Positions 5,173 through 6,217 of a DNA stretch of 6,217 bases are shown in pieces. The notes beneath the pieces are model-generated. The model was not told the origin of the DNA and did not search any database. It saw only the letters and a program-made list of their open reading frames with translations. How positions within the stretch are numbered: position 1 is the first letter of the stretch; each line of letters begins with the position of its first letter. Source of the DNA: an uncultured archaeon (lineage in GTDB: Archaea; Iainarchaeota; Iainarchaeia; Iainarchaeales; 0-14-0-20-30-16). The stretch lies in NCBI GenBank assembly GCA_964565125.1, contig CAZMCX010000046.1, positions 1 to 6,217 on the forward strand. The letters are read 5' to 3'. Made by a program: the position numbers and the translations under genes.

Positions 5173-6138
5173 ATGGTGGCTACCTGCCCGTCATGTAATT
5201 CAAAAAATATTAAAAAAGACAAAGACAAAGGAGAAGTTATTTGCTATGATTGTGGTAATGTTTTTGAAGACAACATAAACTTAGCAAAAGAATGGAGAAC
5301 CTTTGATTCTAGCGAGTACAACAAAAAAGCAAGATCTGGAAGCCCAATGCAGTATTCTAAATTAAATAAAGGTATCTCCACCATGATTGAAATGGGCGGA
5401 AGAGATGCAAGAGGAAACAAGTTATCAAGCGACACAAAAGCACAGATGTACAGAATAGCAAGATGGCACAAAAGAACAACTGTTTCAAACTCCTTGCAAA
5501 GAAACCTTTCAATTGCTTTAACAGAACTTAGGAGAATTGCATCATATTTAAATATTCCTGAGCCGCTAATAGAAAAAGCTGCTTTACTTTACAGAAAGAC
5601 AGTAGACAAGGAATTAATCAGGGGAAGATTGATTGAATCTGTTGTTGCTGCAGTTCTTTATGCTGTTTGTAGAGAATCAAATATTCCAAGAACTCTAAAT
5701 GAAATGGCTGAAGCTTCAGGAATCAGCAAAAAAGATATTGGAAGAACATATAGATTCTTAACTAAAGAACTTGAATTGCATGTTCCGCTAACAAACCCGA
5801 TATATTATATCCCAAGATTTACTTCAGAACTTGGATTAAGTGGAGAAGTTCAAGAAGAAGCAAGAAAGACCTTACAAAAAGCAATAGACCAAGGTTTAAT
5901 TTCTGGAAGAGGCCCAACTGGTGTTGCTGCTGCCGCTGTTTACATAGCTGCTTTAATTAAGGGGGAAAGAAGGACCCAAAAACAAGTGGCAAATGTTGCA
6001 GGAGTAACAGAAGTTACAATCAGGAACAGATACAGAGAACTTAAAGAAAGACTAGGCCTAGAAGTTGAAGATGATTTCATAAATGTAGACGGTCCTGAAC
6101 TTGATCAAGAAATAGTAGAAAGTAAGAAGAAGGCATAA
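5173..6138 (+). CDS. tfb: Archaeal transcription initiation factor IIB (TFB)
   Basis: N-terminal zinc ribbon CPSC-x15-CYDC (nt 5185-5253). B-reader/linker region with EWRTFD and NKGISTMI. Two cyclin-fold repeats follow. The near-invariant TFB C-terminal signature is present (GRGPTGVAAAAVYIAALIKGERRTQKQVANVAGVTEVTIRNRYRELKERLGL). I call the start at ATG 5173 rather than the track's GTG 5164, because AGGAGTGAT (5160-5168) would otherwise overlap the start codon. Stop TAA is at 6136-6138. Confidence 0.95.
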   Translation: MVATCPSCNSKNIKKDKDKGEVICYDCGNVFEDNINLAKEWRTFDSSEYNKKARSGSPMQYSKLNKGISTMIEMGGRDARGNKLSSDTKAQMYRIARWHKRTTVSNSLQRNLSIALTELRRIASYLNIPEPLIEKAALLYRKTVDKELIRGRLIESVVAAVLYAVCRESNIPRTLNEMAEASGISKKDIGRTYRFLTKELELHVPLTNPIYYIPRFTSELGLSGEVQEEARKTLQKAIDQGLISGRGPTGVAAAAVYIAALIKGERRTQKQVANVAGVTEVTIRNRYRELKERLGLEVEDDFINVDGPELDQEIVESKKKA

Positions 6139-6160
6139 CTTCTTTTCTTTTTTTATTTTA
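6139..6160 (+). terminator. T-rich tract downstream of tfb (candidate archaeal terminator)
   Basis: CTTCTTTTCTTTTTTTATTTTA begins immediately after TAA 6136-6138 and includes a T7 run. A weak stem (AAGAAGAA 6125-6132 pairing with CTTCTTTT 6139-6146, with one G-U pair) spans the stop codon. Confidence 0.5.
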
Positions 6161-6217
6161 CAAACGTCAAACAGAATTCTTTGTCCTATTTGCTTCCTTA
6201 TTTTTTTCCAATCTGTC

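Noticed and set aside
5244-5471. Minus-strand 75-aa ORF antisense to tfb
   Set aside because: It is nested in the highly conserved TFB CDS and has no translation signals.
6167-6217. Possible 3' end of a convergent minus-strand gene at the right edge (frame reading ...DRLEKNKEANRTKNSV then TGA at 6169-6167)
   Set aside because: Only 16 codons are visible and another frame is also open here. No motif or signal supports it, so it is too little sequence to call.
1-6217. Defence system, toxin-antitoxin pair, mobile element, integrase or CRISPR content
   Set aside because: All five ORFs have ordinary housekeeping or envelope assignments. I saw no terminal inverted repeats, direct-repeat arrays, transposase or integrase motifs, or small paired ORFs. 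The ATPase-plus-membrane-protein trio is better explained as type IV filament machinery than as a novel system.

Overview
Strongly AT-rich window judged by eye (GC not computed). It holds five complete, tightly packed genes and no RNA genes, CRISPR arrays or mobile elements that I can see. The + strand gene at 5173-6138 is an unmistakable archaeal transcription factor B (TFB), so the replicon is archaeal. Low GC, small intergenic spaces and Shine-Dalgarno use fit a small-genome, DPANN-like lineage, but that placement is inference only. The minus strand carries four co-oriented genes. The first (3272-4963) is a membrane-anchored, multi-module DsbA-like thiol:disulfide oxidoreductase in which only the last module keeps the CxxC active site. 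The other three form a translationally coupled operon: a FlaI/PilB/TadA-type secretion ATPase (1654-3174) and two paralogous half-size T2SSF-type membrane platform proteins (888-1652 and 4-888). This is the ATPase-plus-platform core of a type IV filament (pilus-like) machine, but with the platform split into two genes as in TadB/TadC. No pilin or prepilin peptidase gene lies inside the window. The points most worth follow-up are the split platform in an archaeal context, the internally duplicated DsbA protein upstream of the pilus genes, and perfect palindromes over the putative TFB promoter and in the dsbA-like/ATPase spacer. All functional calls rest on motifs read directly from the translations. 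No database or HMM search could be run.
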